DNA of 64,000 bases from the IMG/VR virus record IMGVR_UViG_3300021137_000001, positions 124,001 to 188,000 of that record. One strand, given 5' to 3'. The notes under the pieces are model-generated. The model made no database searches, had not been told where the DNA came from, and saw nothing but the letters and a program-made list of their open reading frames with translations. Of this stretch, positions 27,951 to 38,075 are shown piece after piece (the stretch's first letter is position 1; the number at the start of each line of letters is the position of its first letter). A program made the position numbers and the translations under genes.

Positions 27951-29705
27951 ATGGCAAATAGTAACTTCGTAGTACACAATGGCTTAACAGTTGGGCCACT
28001 AACAATATCAGCAGCAACAGGTGATATTACAACAACAGGTAATGTAACATTATCTGGAACAGGTAGTTTAGGCGTTAGTCAAATTGCTAAAAACGATTCG
28101 AGCATTACAATTAATGACACTGGTACTGGATCTAATGTTGTTATGAATGTAGATGGCTCACTTGCATCTACTCTTTCGGCCGTTGGATTAAATCTTACAG
28201 CATCAACAGCAAGTACTACATATACAGATGGTGCATTGGTAGTAGCAGGTGGTGTTGGTATTGGCGGTAACGTACACATACAGTCTAGTAAAATTCTACA
28301 CGTAGGACCGGATTTAATCGGTGCGTATAGTAATGTACTTGCACAATTTAATGCCAACGTTAACAGTTATAGTCAAATATTATTGCAAAATATCAGCAAT
28401 GGTACAAGTGCATCAGCAGACGTTGTAGTTGTGGCAGATACTGGTAGTGACAGTGCAAACTATGTTGATATGGGTATTAACTCGAGCAACTATTCAGATG
28501 TAGCATACACCATTGGTACTGGATTAGATGCTTACACATATTCAAATGGTGGTAATTATGCAATTGGTACACAGACATCAGGTAAAGGATTAATATTCCA
28601 CACTGGTGGTACATTAAGTGCTCAATTACGTGCTAAAATTAATGATACTGGCTTAACGGTTAATACAACAACAGCAACAAGTTCAATCTCATCTGGCGCA
28701 TTAGTAATTAACGGTGGTTGTGGTATTGCTGGTGATTTACGTCTAGGTGGTAACTTATACGTAACTAATATTATTAGTTCAAGTTCACAAACAATTACAG
28801 TTAACGACCCATTATTGTACTTGACTACAAGTGCACCATACCCATATAACTACGACATTGGTTTTTACTCTGCATTTACCGGCGGACCTGCTAACGTTTA
28901 TGTACATACTGGTTTAGTACGTAATGATGCAGATAGCTCGTGGAGTTTATTTAGTAATGTTGGTGAACCCTCTGGTGGGCAAGTAAGTTTAACAAATGCA
29001 ATATATGACCCAATTAATCACGGGGCATTAACAATCTTAGGTGCCACAGTGACTGGCACCGGTGGTACTGCAATAGTCAATGGTGGTACAAGTGGTGTTG
29101 GTAATATTGGTGCTGCAGCTGGTTTATTTAATACTGTGTATGCATCTAAACTACAAGGTACATTAACAACTGCAGCACAAACTAACGTTACTTCACTTGG
29201 TACATTATCTGCAACATTAACAACACAAATTGTTCAACCCGATGGTGATAATACTCGTACATTGGGTGCATCAGGTGTACGTTGGTCAACAATATACGGA
29301 GTAACATTTAGTGGTACATCAACTACTGCTAACTATGCCGATTTGGCAGAAAATTATCAAGCAGATGCAGAATACGCACCAGGTACAGTAGTACACTTTG
29401 GTGGTGAGTTTGAAGTTACAGCATGTGATACAGATGGTTGTACAAGTGTAGCAGGCGTAGTATCTACTAACCCAGCACATTTGATGAACACTGGTTTAGA
29501 AGGTGCTAACGTTGTTGCGGTTGCATTAAACGGTCGTGTGCCATGTCAAGTACAGGGTACTGTACATAAAGGTGACTTAATGGTATCAGCCGGTAGTGGT
29601 CGTGCTAGAGCAGAAGCTAATCCGAAAGTTGGATCAGTAATCGGTAAAGCACTGGCAAATTCAGAAGGCGACGCAGTAATTGAAGTAGTAGTTGGCGTTA
29701 GATAA
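27951..29705 (+). CDS. Tail fibre-like protein with C-terminal intramolecular-chaperone-type domain
   Basis: G/T/S-rich GALVVAGGVG repeats; YADLAENY...PGTVV.FGG...G.VP; late promoter upstream. Confidence 0.8.
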   Translation: MANSNFVVHNGLTVGPLTISAATGDITTTGNVTLSGTGSLGVSQIAKNDSSITINDTGTGSNVVMNVDGSLASTLSAVGLNLTASTASTTYTDGALVVAGGVGIGGNVHIQSSKILHVGPDLIGAYSNVLAQFNANVNSYSQILLQNISNGTSASADVVVVADTGSDSANYVDMGINSSNYSDVAYTIGTGLDAYTYSNGGNYAIGTQTSGKGLIFHTGGTLSAQLRAKINDTGLTVNTTTATSSISSGALVINGGCGIAGDLRLGGNLYVTNIISSSSQTITVNDPLLYLTTSAPYPYNYDIGFYSAFTGGPANVYVHTGLVRNDADSSWSLFSNVGEPSGGQVSLTNAIYDPINHGALTILGATVTGTGGTAIVNGGTSGVGNIGAAAGLFNTVYASKLQGTLTTAAQTNVTSLGTLSATLTTQIVQPDGDNTRTLGASGVRWSTIYGVTFSGTSTTANYADLAENYQADAEYAPGTVVHFGGEFEVTACDTDGCTSVAGVVSTNPAHLMNTGLEGANVVAVALNGRVPCQVQGTVHKGDLMVSAGSGRARAEANPKVGSVIGKALANSEGDAVIEVVVGVR

Positions 29706-29724
29706 TTAATTAGTAGTAAAACAT

Positions 29725-29748
29725 AATAGGACCTTCGGGTCCTATTTT
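29725..29748 (+). terminator. Rho-independent terminator
   Basis: AATAGGACC-TTCG-GGTCCTATTTT; TATAAATA late promoter follows at 29751. Confidence 0.9.
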
Positions 29749-29781
29749 CGTATAAATACTTAGAATAATACGAGAATCCAA

Positions 29782-32700
29782 ATGGCATTAACCAGACCAA
29801 AATACAGTCAGATATACGATACAGATTACAAACAAAGTGTTCGTGTGGCTACTACAGGCGACGTGGGAACTTTATTAGTAGCCGGCGGTGCGCCCAACAC
29901 AGTTGATACAGTTACATTAATATTAAATGATCGTGTTTTAGTTAAAGATCAAACTGACTCTGCACAAAATGGTATCTATCGTGTTACTGTAGTAGGAACG
30001 GGTGTCAATGGTACATGGATAAGAGATCATGATGCTGATGCTAGCGACAAAGTAACAAGTGGATTAACTACAACAGTAGCGGAAGGTGTAACAAATATTG
30101 GCAGAACTTATAAATTAACAACCTCAGATCCTATTACCCTGGGATCAACATTATTAACATTTACTAATCCATTTGCTGCAACTGCGACGGGGTCAGATAC
30201 GCAAGTATTATTTAATAATGCTACTTTATTAGCAGGTGCAACAAGTTTACATTATTTTACAGGTAATGGTGTAGTACTAGCAAGCGCCGGAGTAGTATCA
30301 ACATCAACCACAACCGGAACATTACAGGTAACTGGTGGTATTGGAGCGAGTGGTAATATTAATGCTGGTAACATTATTGGTACAACTGCTACCTTTACTA
30401 ACTATCAAGGTACATTATTAACAGCAAGTCAACCAAACATTACAACATTAGGTGGCGTTACTAGTATCGGTGCTAGCGGAACAACTACACTTACTGGTAT
30501 ATTACAAACTGCGGAACAAACCAATGTTACATCACTTGGTACACTGACAAGTTTGGCAACAGGTGCGATTACTACAACAGGCACACTAGCATTAAATGCG
30601 GCCGGTGGATTAACAACAAACCAAACTACATTTTTATTAGCAAATGCAACTGCAACTACGCTTAATATCGGCGGCGCGGCCACTACACTTAACATTGGTG
30701 CGGCAACAGGTACATTAAATCTTAATAACGCAACTACAGCGATAGCAGGTATTGCCACTGTCAGCGGCATAGTGTATGCCAACTCGGCGGTTGATAGCAC
30801 CACGTACACAGATGGTGGATTAGTGGCCAAAGGTGGTGTTGGTGTTGCAGGCAATGTACACATACAATCAACTAAAATTTTACACATCGGTCCAGACTTA
30901 ATTGGTGCGTATAGTAACGTATTAGCACAGTTCAATGCAAATGTTAACAGCTATACTCAAGTACTATTACAAAACATCAGCAGTGGCACAAGTGCATCAT
31001 CTGATTATATTTGCGTAGCAGATACTGGCACCGACAGCATAAATTATATCGATCATGGCATTAACTCGAGCAACTATTCAGATGTAGCATACACAATCGG
31101 CACTGGATTAGATGGATATTCATACACAAATGGTGGTAACTATGCAATTGGTACACAGACATCAGGTAAAGGATTAATATTCCATACTGGTGGTACATTA
31201 AGTGCTAATAAACGTGTGACAATAAACGACACTGGGCTTACTGTTAATACAGCAACAGTAGCAAGTTCAATCTCAACTGGTGCATTAGTAGTTAACGGTG
31301 GTGTTGGTGTTGCTGGGCATTTATGGATTGGCGGCAACTTATATGTAACAAACGTTATTAGTTCAAGCACTCAATCAATAAGTTCAAATGCTCCATTGCT
31401 ATATCTCGTAACGAGTGCACCATATCCATACAACTACGATCTTGGTTTTTACTCGGCATTTACCGGTGGCCCAGCCAATGTTTATGCACATACTGGTATG
31501 ATTCGTAACGATGCTGACAGTACATGGTATCTGTTTAGTAATGTAGCTGAACCCACTGGCGGACAGGTAAGTTTAACAAATGCAATATATGACCCATTAA
31601 GTATGGGTGCATTAACAATTAATGGAACATCTGTTACAGGAACTGGTGGTACAGCAATAATTAATGCTGGTACAAGTGGACAAGGTAATATTGGTACTGC
31701 ATCTGCTACATTTAATACAGTATATGCTCAAAAATTACAGGGCGTAATACAAACAGCAAGTCATCCACTTATTACAACATTGGGTGGTGTTACAAGTATC
31801 GGTGCAAGTGGCACAACAACTATCACAGGTATATTACAAACTGCGGCACAAACAAATATCACATCAGTTGGTACACTATCAGCACTTACAGTAACAGCCG
31901 CTATTACAGGTAGCGTAAGTGGTAGTGCAGCAACAGTAACAACAGCCGCTCAACCAAGCATTACTTCTGTCGGTACACTATCGGCACTTACAGTAACAGC
32001 GGCCATAGTAGGGTCAGTAACTGGTTCGGCGGCAACAGCTACTGATACAACAAATGCAGTTTATTCAGTAGCGGGCAAAAATGTCAATATTGCTGCTGAT
32101 ACCAACTTACAGACTTGGGCAGATACATTACCAAGATGTGGTCATTATGATATATCTACTACAACTGTTCAAGGTGCTTTGCCGGCCGCTTGGTGGCATA
32201 TTCAACTACAGAGACATTCAAACGATACTAGTGTCAACCTTTATCATGTTCTTACAGCAACAGGATTAACAACGGGTAGTGGAATTATATATACTAATAC
32301 TAGAGTCAATGCTTCTTGGGGTGGGTGGGTACAAGTTGTTACAACAACAGCACTAACAGCAATTACATCAGTTGGTACGTTGACTGCACTTACTGTAAGT
32401 GGTGCAATTACAGTCAATAGTGGTAGTGCTGTTACTGCTATTATCAATGGTGCTACTACAGGTGTTGGTAATATTGGTAGTTCGACTGTAACATTTAATA
32501 CTGCGTTCCTTAAAGCAACAACAGCTCAATATGCCGATTTGGCAGAAAAATACACATCAGATAACGACTATGTGCCAGGCACAGTAGTTGTGTTTGGTGG
32601 CGATAAAGAAATTACCATTAGTACAGTTAGTCATGATACTGCGGTTGCTGGCGTTATATCTTCCAATCCAGCATATCTAATGAATTCTGAACTTGATGGC

Positions 32701-32907
32701 TTACCAGTTGCATTACAAGGTCGTGTTCCGTGCTTAGTACAGGGCCCAATTAATAAAGGTGACTTAGTAGTTACAAGCGACACAGCCGGTGTAGCACAAA
32801 GATTAGACCGTGCGCAATACTTCCCGGGCTGTGTGATTGGTAAAGCACTTGAAGATATTACAGAAAATAGAATAGTTACTATCGAAGTAGTTGTTGGTAG
32901 GGTCTAA
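29782..32907 (+). CDS. Long tail fibre-like protein
   Basis: N-terminal KQSVRVATT...RVLVKDQ..QNGIY fibre domain; ITSVGTL repeats; knob-like insert (WGGW); YADLAEKY C-terminal domain. Confidence 0.85.
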   Translation: MALTRPKYSQIYDTDYKQSVRVATTGDVGTLLVAGGAPNTVDTVTLILNDRVLVKDQTDSAQNGIYRVTVVGTGVNGTWIRDHDADASDKVTSGLTTTVAEGVTNIGRTYKLTTSDPITLGSTLLTFTNPFAATATGSDTQVLFNNATLLAGATSLHYFTGNGVVLASAGVVSTSTTTGTLQVTGGIGASGNINAGNIIGTTATFTNYQGTLLTASQPNITTLGGVTSIGASGTTTLTGILQTAEQTNVTSLGTLTSLATGAITTTGTLALNAAGGLTTNQTTFLLANATATTLNIGGAATTLNIGAATGTLNLNNATTAIAGIATVSGIVYANSAVDSTTYTDGGLVAKGGVGVAGNVHIQSTKILHIGPDLIGAYSNVLAQFNANVNSYTQVLLQNISSGTSASSDYICVADTGTDSINYIDHGINSSNYSDVAYTIGTGLDGYSYTNGGNYAIGTQTSGKGLIFHTGGTLSANKRVTINDTGLTVNTATVASSISTGALVVNGGVGVAGHLWIGGNLYVTNVISSSTQSISSNAPLLYLVTSAPYPYNYDLGFYSAFTGGPANVYAHTGMIRNDADSTWYLFSNVAEPTGGQVSLTNAIYDPLSMGALTINGTSVTGTGGTAIINAGTSGQGNIGTASATFNTVYAQKLQGVIQTASHPLITTLGGVTSIGASGTTTITGILQTAAQTNITSVGTLSALTVTAAITGSVSGSAATVTTAAQPSITSVGTLSALTVTAAIVGSVTGSAATATDTTNAVYSVAGKNVNIAADTNLQTWADTLPRCGHYDISTTTVQGALPAAWWHIQLQRHSNDTSVNLYHVLTATGLTTGSGIIYTNTRVNASWGGWVQVVTTTALTAITSVGTLTALTVSGAITVNSGSAVTAIINGATTGVGNIGSSTVTFNTAFLKATTAQYADLAEKYTSDNDYVPGTVVVFGGDKEITISTVSHDTAVAGVISSNPAYLMNSELDGLPVALQGRVPCLVQGPINKGDLVVTSDTAGVAQRLDRAQYFPGCVIGKALEDITENRIVTIEVVVGRV

Positions 32908-32914
32908 TTATCGG

Positions 32915-32943
32915 TTGACAAGATAGCAAATTGGCTGTATAAT
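32915..32943 (+). promoter_or_regulatory. Sigma70-type promoter
   Basis: TTGACA-N17-TATAAT. Confidence 0.88.
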
Positions 32944-32961
32944 ACACTTATAAATTAACAA

Positions 32962-34308
32962 ATGGGTGTACAAATGATAAACGCTATTTTAGAAGAAGTT
33001 GCAAACGAACCAAGTAAGAATGCAAAAATTGCTATCCTTACTCAGCATAAAGACAATAAAGTATTACAAGAAGTTGTTCGTTTAACCTACGACCCAACTG
33101 TAAACTTCTTCATTAAGAAAATTCCTACATACAAACAAATTGATACAACAGATATCAGTTTAACAGAAGCAATTAGTCAACTTGGTCAGTTAAGCAGCAG
33201 ACAAGTTACTGGTACTGCTGGTATTAATCATTTACAAAATATTCTAAGTAACTTACCTGAAGAAAAAGCAAAAGTAATTGCTAAAATTATTGACCGTGAC
33301 TTACGTGCGGGCTTCGGTGAGTCAACAGCAAACAAAGTATGGAAGAATTTAATTCCAGAGTTTCCATATATGCGTTGCGCACTTCCTAAAGCCGCTAAGT
33401 TAGATGAGTTTAGCTGGGTTGATGGTGTGTTTAGTCAGCTTAAAGCAGATGGTATGTTTGCCAACGTAAATCATACAGCAGATGGCGAAGTACAAATTTT
33501 AAGTCGCGCTGGTTCATTGTTTCCACAACAACACTTTGCACATTTAGTCACTGATGTACAAGCAACGTTCCCAACTAATACACAATCACATGGTGAATTG
33601 TTAATTAAACGTGATGGTGTTGTGCTTCCCAGACAGTTAGGTAACGGTATCTTAAACAAGGTACAAAAAGGTGGCGACATTGGACCAAATGACGAGATTG
33701 TTTACTTAGTTTGGGACCAAATTGCCTTAACTTCAGTCGTTTCTAAAGGTACTTACAATGTTCCGTATAAAGCTCGCTTTGCTGAATTAGCAACACAAAC
33801 ATTAACGGCAACTTGTATTACCCTAATCCCAACTGTTATTGTACATAACATGGAAGATGCACTTACACACTATCGTGAAATGCTTGCAGAAGGATTAGAA
33901 GGCACAATCATTAAAGATGCACAGGGTATTTGGAAAGATACAACAAGCAAACAACAAGTTAAAATGAAACTCGAAACAATCATTGATCTTATTATCACTG
34001 GGTTTAATGCAGGTAAAGGTAAAAATGAAGATACATTTGGTTCTATTGCTTGTCGATCAAGTGATGGCTTACTTGAAGTTAATGTAAGCGGCTTTACTGA
34101 TTCAGATAGAATCAGTATCTGGGCAAGCAAGGACGAAGTAATTGGCAAGATTATGGCAGTTAAATCTAACAGCATTATGCCACCGAGTGATAGTAATACA
34201 AGTTACTCATTATTTTTACCACGTTGCGAAGAAATTAGAGATGATAAACAAATAGCAGATGATTTACAACGTATCATCGATCAATTTGAAAGCGCAATTA
34301 AGGATTAA
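32962..34308 (+). CDS. ATP-dependent DNA ligase (T4 gp30-like)
   Basis: KADG, HGEL, VWD, EGTIIK, KMK and SLFLP motifs. Confidence 0.95.
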   Translation: MGVQMINAILEEVANEPSKNAKIAILTQHKDNKVLQEVVRLTYDPTVNFFIKKIPTYKQIDTTDISLTEAISQLGQLSSRQVTGTAGINHLQNILSNLPEEKAKVIAKIIDRDLRAGFGESTANKVWKNLIPEFPYMRCALPKAAKLDEFSWVDGVFSQLKADGMFANVNHTADGEVQILSRAGSLFPQQHFAHLVTDVQATFPTNTQSHGELLIKRDGVVLPRQLGNGILNKVQKGGDIGPNDEIVYLVWDQIALTSVVSKGTYNVPYKARFAELATQTLTATCITLIPTVIVHNMEDALTHYREMLAEGLEGTIIKDAQGIWKDTTSKQQVKMKLETIIDLIITGFNAGKGKNEDTFGSIACRSSDGLLEVNVSGFTDSDRISIWASKDEVIGKIMAVKSNSIMPPSDSNTSYSLFLPRCEEIRDDKQIADDLQRIIDQFESAIKD

Positions 34309-34963
34309 TTCTTTTCATGACACCTACGTATTTTATATTCTTGTAGGTGTCAAATTCTTCTTTTGTGACACGTAATGTTAATCCTGTTACCAGATCACGT
34401 GCGCTCACCATACGACTATTAGTGCCTGAGACTTTATTCTTACATAGGTCTGATTGAGTTTTACCATACATTCCATTACCTTCTCCTGTACGTTGATCTG
34501 AGAATTTAGCACAAACAATATCACTGTGCTTTTTGCCCAACATACCACGGGGATGATTCAGTTGGCGCACTTCTTTAAGATGTTGTTTGGTTTCAATTGA
34601 ATGTTTCTTTCCTAGCATTCCTCGAGGATGTGGTATAGTTGCCATTTGTGCTTTGCGTATAATAGATATCTTTTTCTTTGTTTCATTGGACATTACATAA
34701 CCAGAGTTACCTTCGCCACCGTCTGTTAAATTACGTAATATGCCAGTACCATTACTTTTACGCCCATACAGCGCAATAAGTTTCTTTTCAAATAAGTGTG
34801 CTTCGTACTCGAAAAGTTTGTGTGCTATTATTTGTATAAGGTCTTTATTCTTCGGAGGAATATGATTCTTACCCTTTGACCACGCACGTTTTCCTTTGCC
34901 TTTGCCAATATAATATGGAGTTAAATCTTCTCTGAGGTATGCGTAAACGTAATAAATAGACAT
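34298..34963 (-). CDS. GIY-YIG homing endonuclease with NUMOD3
   Basis: YYVYAY...YYIGKG...R, LRNLTDGGEG, GKKHS repeats; start reassigned to MSIYYVY. Confidence 0.9.
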   Translation of the reverse strand: MSIYYVYAYLREDLTPYYIGKGKGKRAWSKGKNHIPPKNKDLIQIIAHKLFEYEAHLFEKKLIALYGRKSNGTGILRNLTDGGEGNSGYVMSNETKKKISIIRKAQMATIPHPRGMLGKKHSIETKQHLKEVRQLNHPRGMLGKKHSDIVCAKFSDQRTGEGNGMYGKTQSDLCKNKVSGTNSRMVSARDLVTGLTLRVTKEEFDTYKNIKYVGVMKRINP

Positions 34964-35020
34964 GCTGGCATTGTTCCATAATGTTAGAGCTAGTGGATAC
35001 TTCAATATCGCGACTAGCAC
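34964..35020 (-). ncRNA. Conserved structured leader of a GIY-YIG gene (copy 2)
   Basis: Homologous to 18572-18628; preceded by an ATAAATA late promoter. Confidence 0.7.
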
Positions 35021-35041
35021 TTTTATTTATCTAATCTCCGA

Positions 35042-35070
35042 TTGACTTCTCCACAAATTCATAGTATAAT
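35042..35070 (+). promoter_or_regulatory. Sigma70-type promoter
   Basis: TTGACT-N17-TATAAT. Confidence 0.8.
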
Positions 35071-35075
35071 AAGTA

Positions 35076-35369
35076 ATGTTAAAATTAGTAAAACGACTAA
35101 TAGGATTATTATCAATGACTAAAAACTATAAACTAGCACAGGAAGCAAACAAAGATGTTGTGTATGGTGCGCTACAAGGGCTAATTAAAAACCCTAAACT
35201 CTGGCACACTAGTCCAGTTGGGCGCGAGTATTGTAATTTGACAGAATCGGGTCGTGAAGTCATTGTTGATTTAGTGCAGGACTTAATGCGCACTATTGAT
35301 GTGTTAGAACGCAAGGCATTAGATGAACGTGCAAAAGAAATTACATTTGAAACATTGAAGGCAAAATAA
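35076..35369 (+). CDS. Hypothetical protein (start may be 35115)
   Basis: ORF track; AGGA precedes ATG 35115. Confidence 0.7.
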   Translation: MLKLVKRLIGLLSMTKNYKLAQEANKDVVYGALQGLIKNPKLWHTSPVGREYCNLTESGREVIVDLVQDLMRTIDVLERKALDERAKEITFETLKAK

Positions 35370-35411
35370 TGTTATTAGGATGCATTTACTGAAGCAAACG
35401 AAAGGAATCGT

Positions 35412-35669
35412 ATGAAACTAACTAAAGAAGAACTGATCGAAGCATTAAAGAACAATGTGTGTACTGTTACATTCACTAAAGTAAATGGTGAAGTGCGAGT
35501 TATGCCGTGTACGCTTAAAGCAGATATGATTGCAAGTGTTAAGTCACTTAAAGAAGTTGTAGTAACTGAGGCTGTAGTAAAGCCCACTATCAGCGTTTGG
35601 TGTACTGATGCTGGCTCATGGCGCAGTTTCCGCTTTGACAGTGTTACAAAGGTGGAAATTAATGTCTAA
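35412..35669 (+). CDS. SH3/WYL-like phage protein
   Basis: VTFTKVNGEVRVMPCTL...WRSFRFDSV. Confidence 0.8.
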   Translation: MKLTKEELIEALKNNVCTVTFTKVNGEVRVMPCTLKADMIASVKSLKEVVVTEAVVKPTISVWCTDAGSWRSFRFDSVTKVEINV

Positions 35670-35835
35670 GACATGGACTGCGGTATTAGAAGAAGATTTG
35701 GCTACTGGAGAATTACTCCTCCCTCTACCCGACGAGCTAATTGCAAGTTTAGGGTGGAAGGAAGGTGATAATTTAGTTTGGGACGTTAGAGCAGATGGAA
35801 GTATTGGATTAACTAAACAGTTGATTGTTGAATAA
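35662..35835 (+). CDS. AbrB/MazE-like DNA-binding protein
   Basis: LLPLPDELIASLGWKEGDNL. Confidence 0.75.
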   Translation: MSKTWTAVLEEDLATGELLLPLPDELIASLGWKEGDNLVWDVRADGSIGLTKQLIVE

Positions 35836-35850
35836 CCCTTTATTCAATAG

Positions 35851-36210
35851 TTAGTTTGGCCAATTACCAGTTGGCCAAACCGCGTAAGGCCAATCATAAC
35901 TAGTAGTAATCGTTGGTTCAGTATCCGAAAGTTGTTCTATCGTAACGGTATATGATATATTATATGCTGTTTTCCATTCGGCGAGCTGAGAAATCTCGTC
36001 TGTTGTAAGTTTAGTGGCAGTAATAAATGATATTAATGCAGTTTGATCTACAAAAGTAATTTTAAAAGTTTCGACGGTATCGGTGTTAGTATAGACAGCA
36101 TTTAATGAGTCGGTTATATCCTTAAAGTTGTTATGCAACAAAACTAATGGTGAAAGTCCAGTGATTGATGAATATGGCTTAGTAATCGTAAATGTATGCA
36201 GTATTGACAT
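35851..36210 (-). CDS. Hypothetical protein
   Basis: AGGA RBS; GATAAATA late promoter upstream. Confidence 0.7.
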   Translation of the reverse strand: MSILHTFTITKPYSSITGLSPLVLLHNNFKDITDSLNAVYTNTDTVETFKITFVDQTALISFITATKLTTDEISQLAEWKTAYNISYTVTIEQLSDTEPTITTSYDWPYAVWPTGNWPN

Positions 36211-36244
36211 TGTATTCTTCCTATTTTAAATATTTATCATTCTC

Positions 36245-36273
36245 TTGACTTCTGAGTAAAACTATAGTATAAT
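36245..36273 (+). promoter_or_regulatory. Sigma70-type promoter
   Basis: TTGACT-N17-TATAAT. Confidence 0.8.
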
Positions 36274-36303
36274 ACACTTGTTTTAAACATTAGAGAAAGC
36301 ATC

Positions 36304-36873
36304 ATGATAAAACGTGGCTTAATTTACATTGTTATTGCAGGTGCTATATATGTACTATTTATGCAAGATCAACGCATAGATAGGATGGAAGAACAGGTTA
36401 CTGGCATACATAATGATGTTACTGAAATTAAAGATGCTATATTAGAACGCAGTAGCGTACATGCCAAGTTTACCCCAAAAGAGTTTGAATGTATGGTACG
36501 TAACATATATTACGAAGCAGGTGTTGAGAATGATATGGGCAAGTATGCGGTTGCGCAGGTAACATTAAATCGTAAGAAGTCAGGTTACTGGGGAAAGAAT
36601 ATATGCAACGTTGTATATTCAAAAGCACAGTTTAGTTGGACGAAAGTTAAAGAACGTGCTTGGTCCAAACCTAAAGACGCAACTTGGGAACGCAGTAGAG
36701 AAATTGCAAGTCAAGTATTAAACAATGGTGTAAGAGTTAAGCCATTGAAGAAAGCTCTTTTTTATCACGCAGATTATGTAAGTCCAACATGGCGTGATAA
36801 TAAACGTAAAATAATGAAGATTGGCGCACACATCTTCTACACACAGGCAAAAGGATCGACGATTACATTATGA
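36304..36873 (+). CDS. SleB-like cell wall hydrolase (Hydrolase_2)
   Basis: N-terminal TM; C...NIYYEA..E...AVAQVTLNR...IC.VVY...QFSW...FYHADYV.P.W...IG.HIFY. Confidence 0.92.
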   Translation: MIKRGLIYIVIAGAIYVLFMQDQRIDRMEEQVTGIHNDVTEIKDAILERSSVHAKFTPKEFECMVRNIYYEAGVENDMGKYAVAQVTLNRKKSGYWGKNICNVVYSKAQFSWTKVKERAWSKPKDATWERSREIASQVLNNGVRVKPLKKALFYHADYVSPTWRDNKRKIMKIGAHIFYTQAKGSTITL

Positions 36874-37328
36874 AGAAACTATATATGAGCTATGGCATGA
36901 ATACAAACTTAGCACAAATGGCTAGACGTTGCCCAACAGCAGTAAGTTTAGGTGCGGCAGTGCTACCATGCTATCGCTTTGAGTTTAAAAACTTTGCAAC
37001 TGTTGAGTACGACCTCGAGTCTGATGTTGATGGTGTGCTATGGGAAATACAACCTGATGATGAGGCATCACTTGATATACTTGAAGGCTACCCATTCTAC
37101 TACGATAAGAAGATGGTTGACGTTATCGTAGACGGCATTACTGTACAAGCAATGACATACTTTATGTACCCAGAAGAAGTGTTGGGCATGCCAAGCAAGA
37201 GCTACTACAATTTAGTTGCCGATGGCTACGAAGCACACGGTATCAGATTGGATCAATTGAATGATGCTGTTGACCGTGTACACGTCAAATATCGCTTGAC
37301 AGATGACGCATTTGGCTGTATAATGTAA
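36870..37328 (+). CDS. Gamma-glutamylcyclotransferase family protein
   Basis: YGMNTN..QM..RCP, V.GVLW, LD..EGYP..Y. Confidence 0.9.
   Translation: MKKLYMSYGMNTNLAQMARRCPTAVSLGAAVLPCYRFEFKNFATVEYDLESDVDGVLWEIQPDDEASLDILEGYPFYYDKKMVDVIVDGITVQAMTYFMYPEEVLGMPSKSYYNLVADGYEAHGIRLDQLNDAVDRVHVKYRLTDDAFGCIM
37296..37324 (+). promoter_or_regulatory. Sigma70-type promoter embedded in the GGCT 3' end
   Basis: TTGACA-N17-TATAAT. Confidence 0.8.
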
Positions 37329-37457
37329 TACATAAACTAGCGCAACGGAGAAATAAGATGCGTAACTTTTTAGAAAACTTAATTATTGCGATTATATTTG
37401 CAGTTCCTACAGCATACGTACTACGCGATTACTTAGCAGGATATTAGGAGAAATAAG

Positions 37458-37673
37458 ATGGCTGTATTTGTATTGTTAGGACAAATTGATTACGAAGGAC
37501 AAGGACTATTGGGAGTGTATTCAACTCGCGAAGGTGCTGTGTCGGCTAAAGATTTATACGTTGCTAACGGTGGTACATTTGATTCGTACGTTGTAGAGAA
37601 ACGTGAGCTTGATGTAATTGCGTTGCCAGACTATGAGATTACTGAGTATGCTGATATTGTGGAGTATATCTAA
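37458..37673 (+). CDS. Hypothetical protein
   Basis: AGGAG RBS; YEG..LLGVYST motif. Confidence 0.75.
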   Translation: MAVFVLLGQIDYEGQGLLGVYSTREGAVSAKDLYVANGGTFDSYVVEKRELDVIALPDYEITEYADIVEYI

Positions 37674-37844
37674 TGGACTTTACAAAATTTGTTGGCATGA
37701 GTGCTGTTGATGTTTTTAATCTATTACCAGCTTACGTGCCAACCGAGAAAGAATACTTAGTTAAAAACTTCACTGTTGAATCATTGACAGAACGTGCTAT
37801 CTTAGATCAGCAAGCACACATTCATTTCGAATAAGGGAATTACA

Positions 37845-38075
37845 ATGGCAACTATATATAAAGAAATTGAAGTTGATATTAGTTTAGATGACTTCAGCGA
37901 CGATGAAATTGCAGATGAATATGAAGAACGTGAATTGGGTGATTCGTTATCTTCGGATCGTTCATCACGTCTATTAGTCACAGTGCTCGACATCTACAAT
38001 GCTAAGACATTAGGTAAAAATTACGAAGCGTTACTTGATCAATTAATTTTTGATGCTATTGGGAGAATTGTTTAA
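37845..38075 (+). CDS. Acidic hypothetical protein
   Basis: RBS; EVDISLDDFSDDE. Confidence 0.75.
   Translation: MATIYKEIEVDISLDDFSDDEIADEYEERELGDSLSSDRSSRLLVTVLDIYNAKTLGKNYEALLDQLIFDAIGRIV

Noticed and set aside
27951-32907. Diversity-generating retroelement TR/VR pair in the fibre genes
   Set aside because: Both copies are coding, differences are not adenine-specific, and no reverse transcriptase is in the window.
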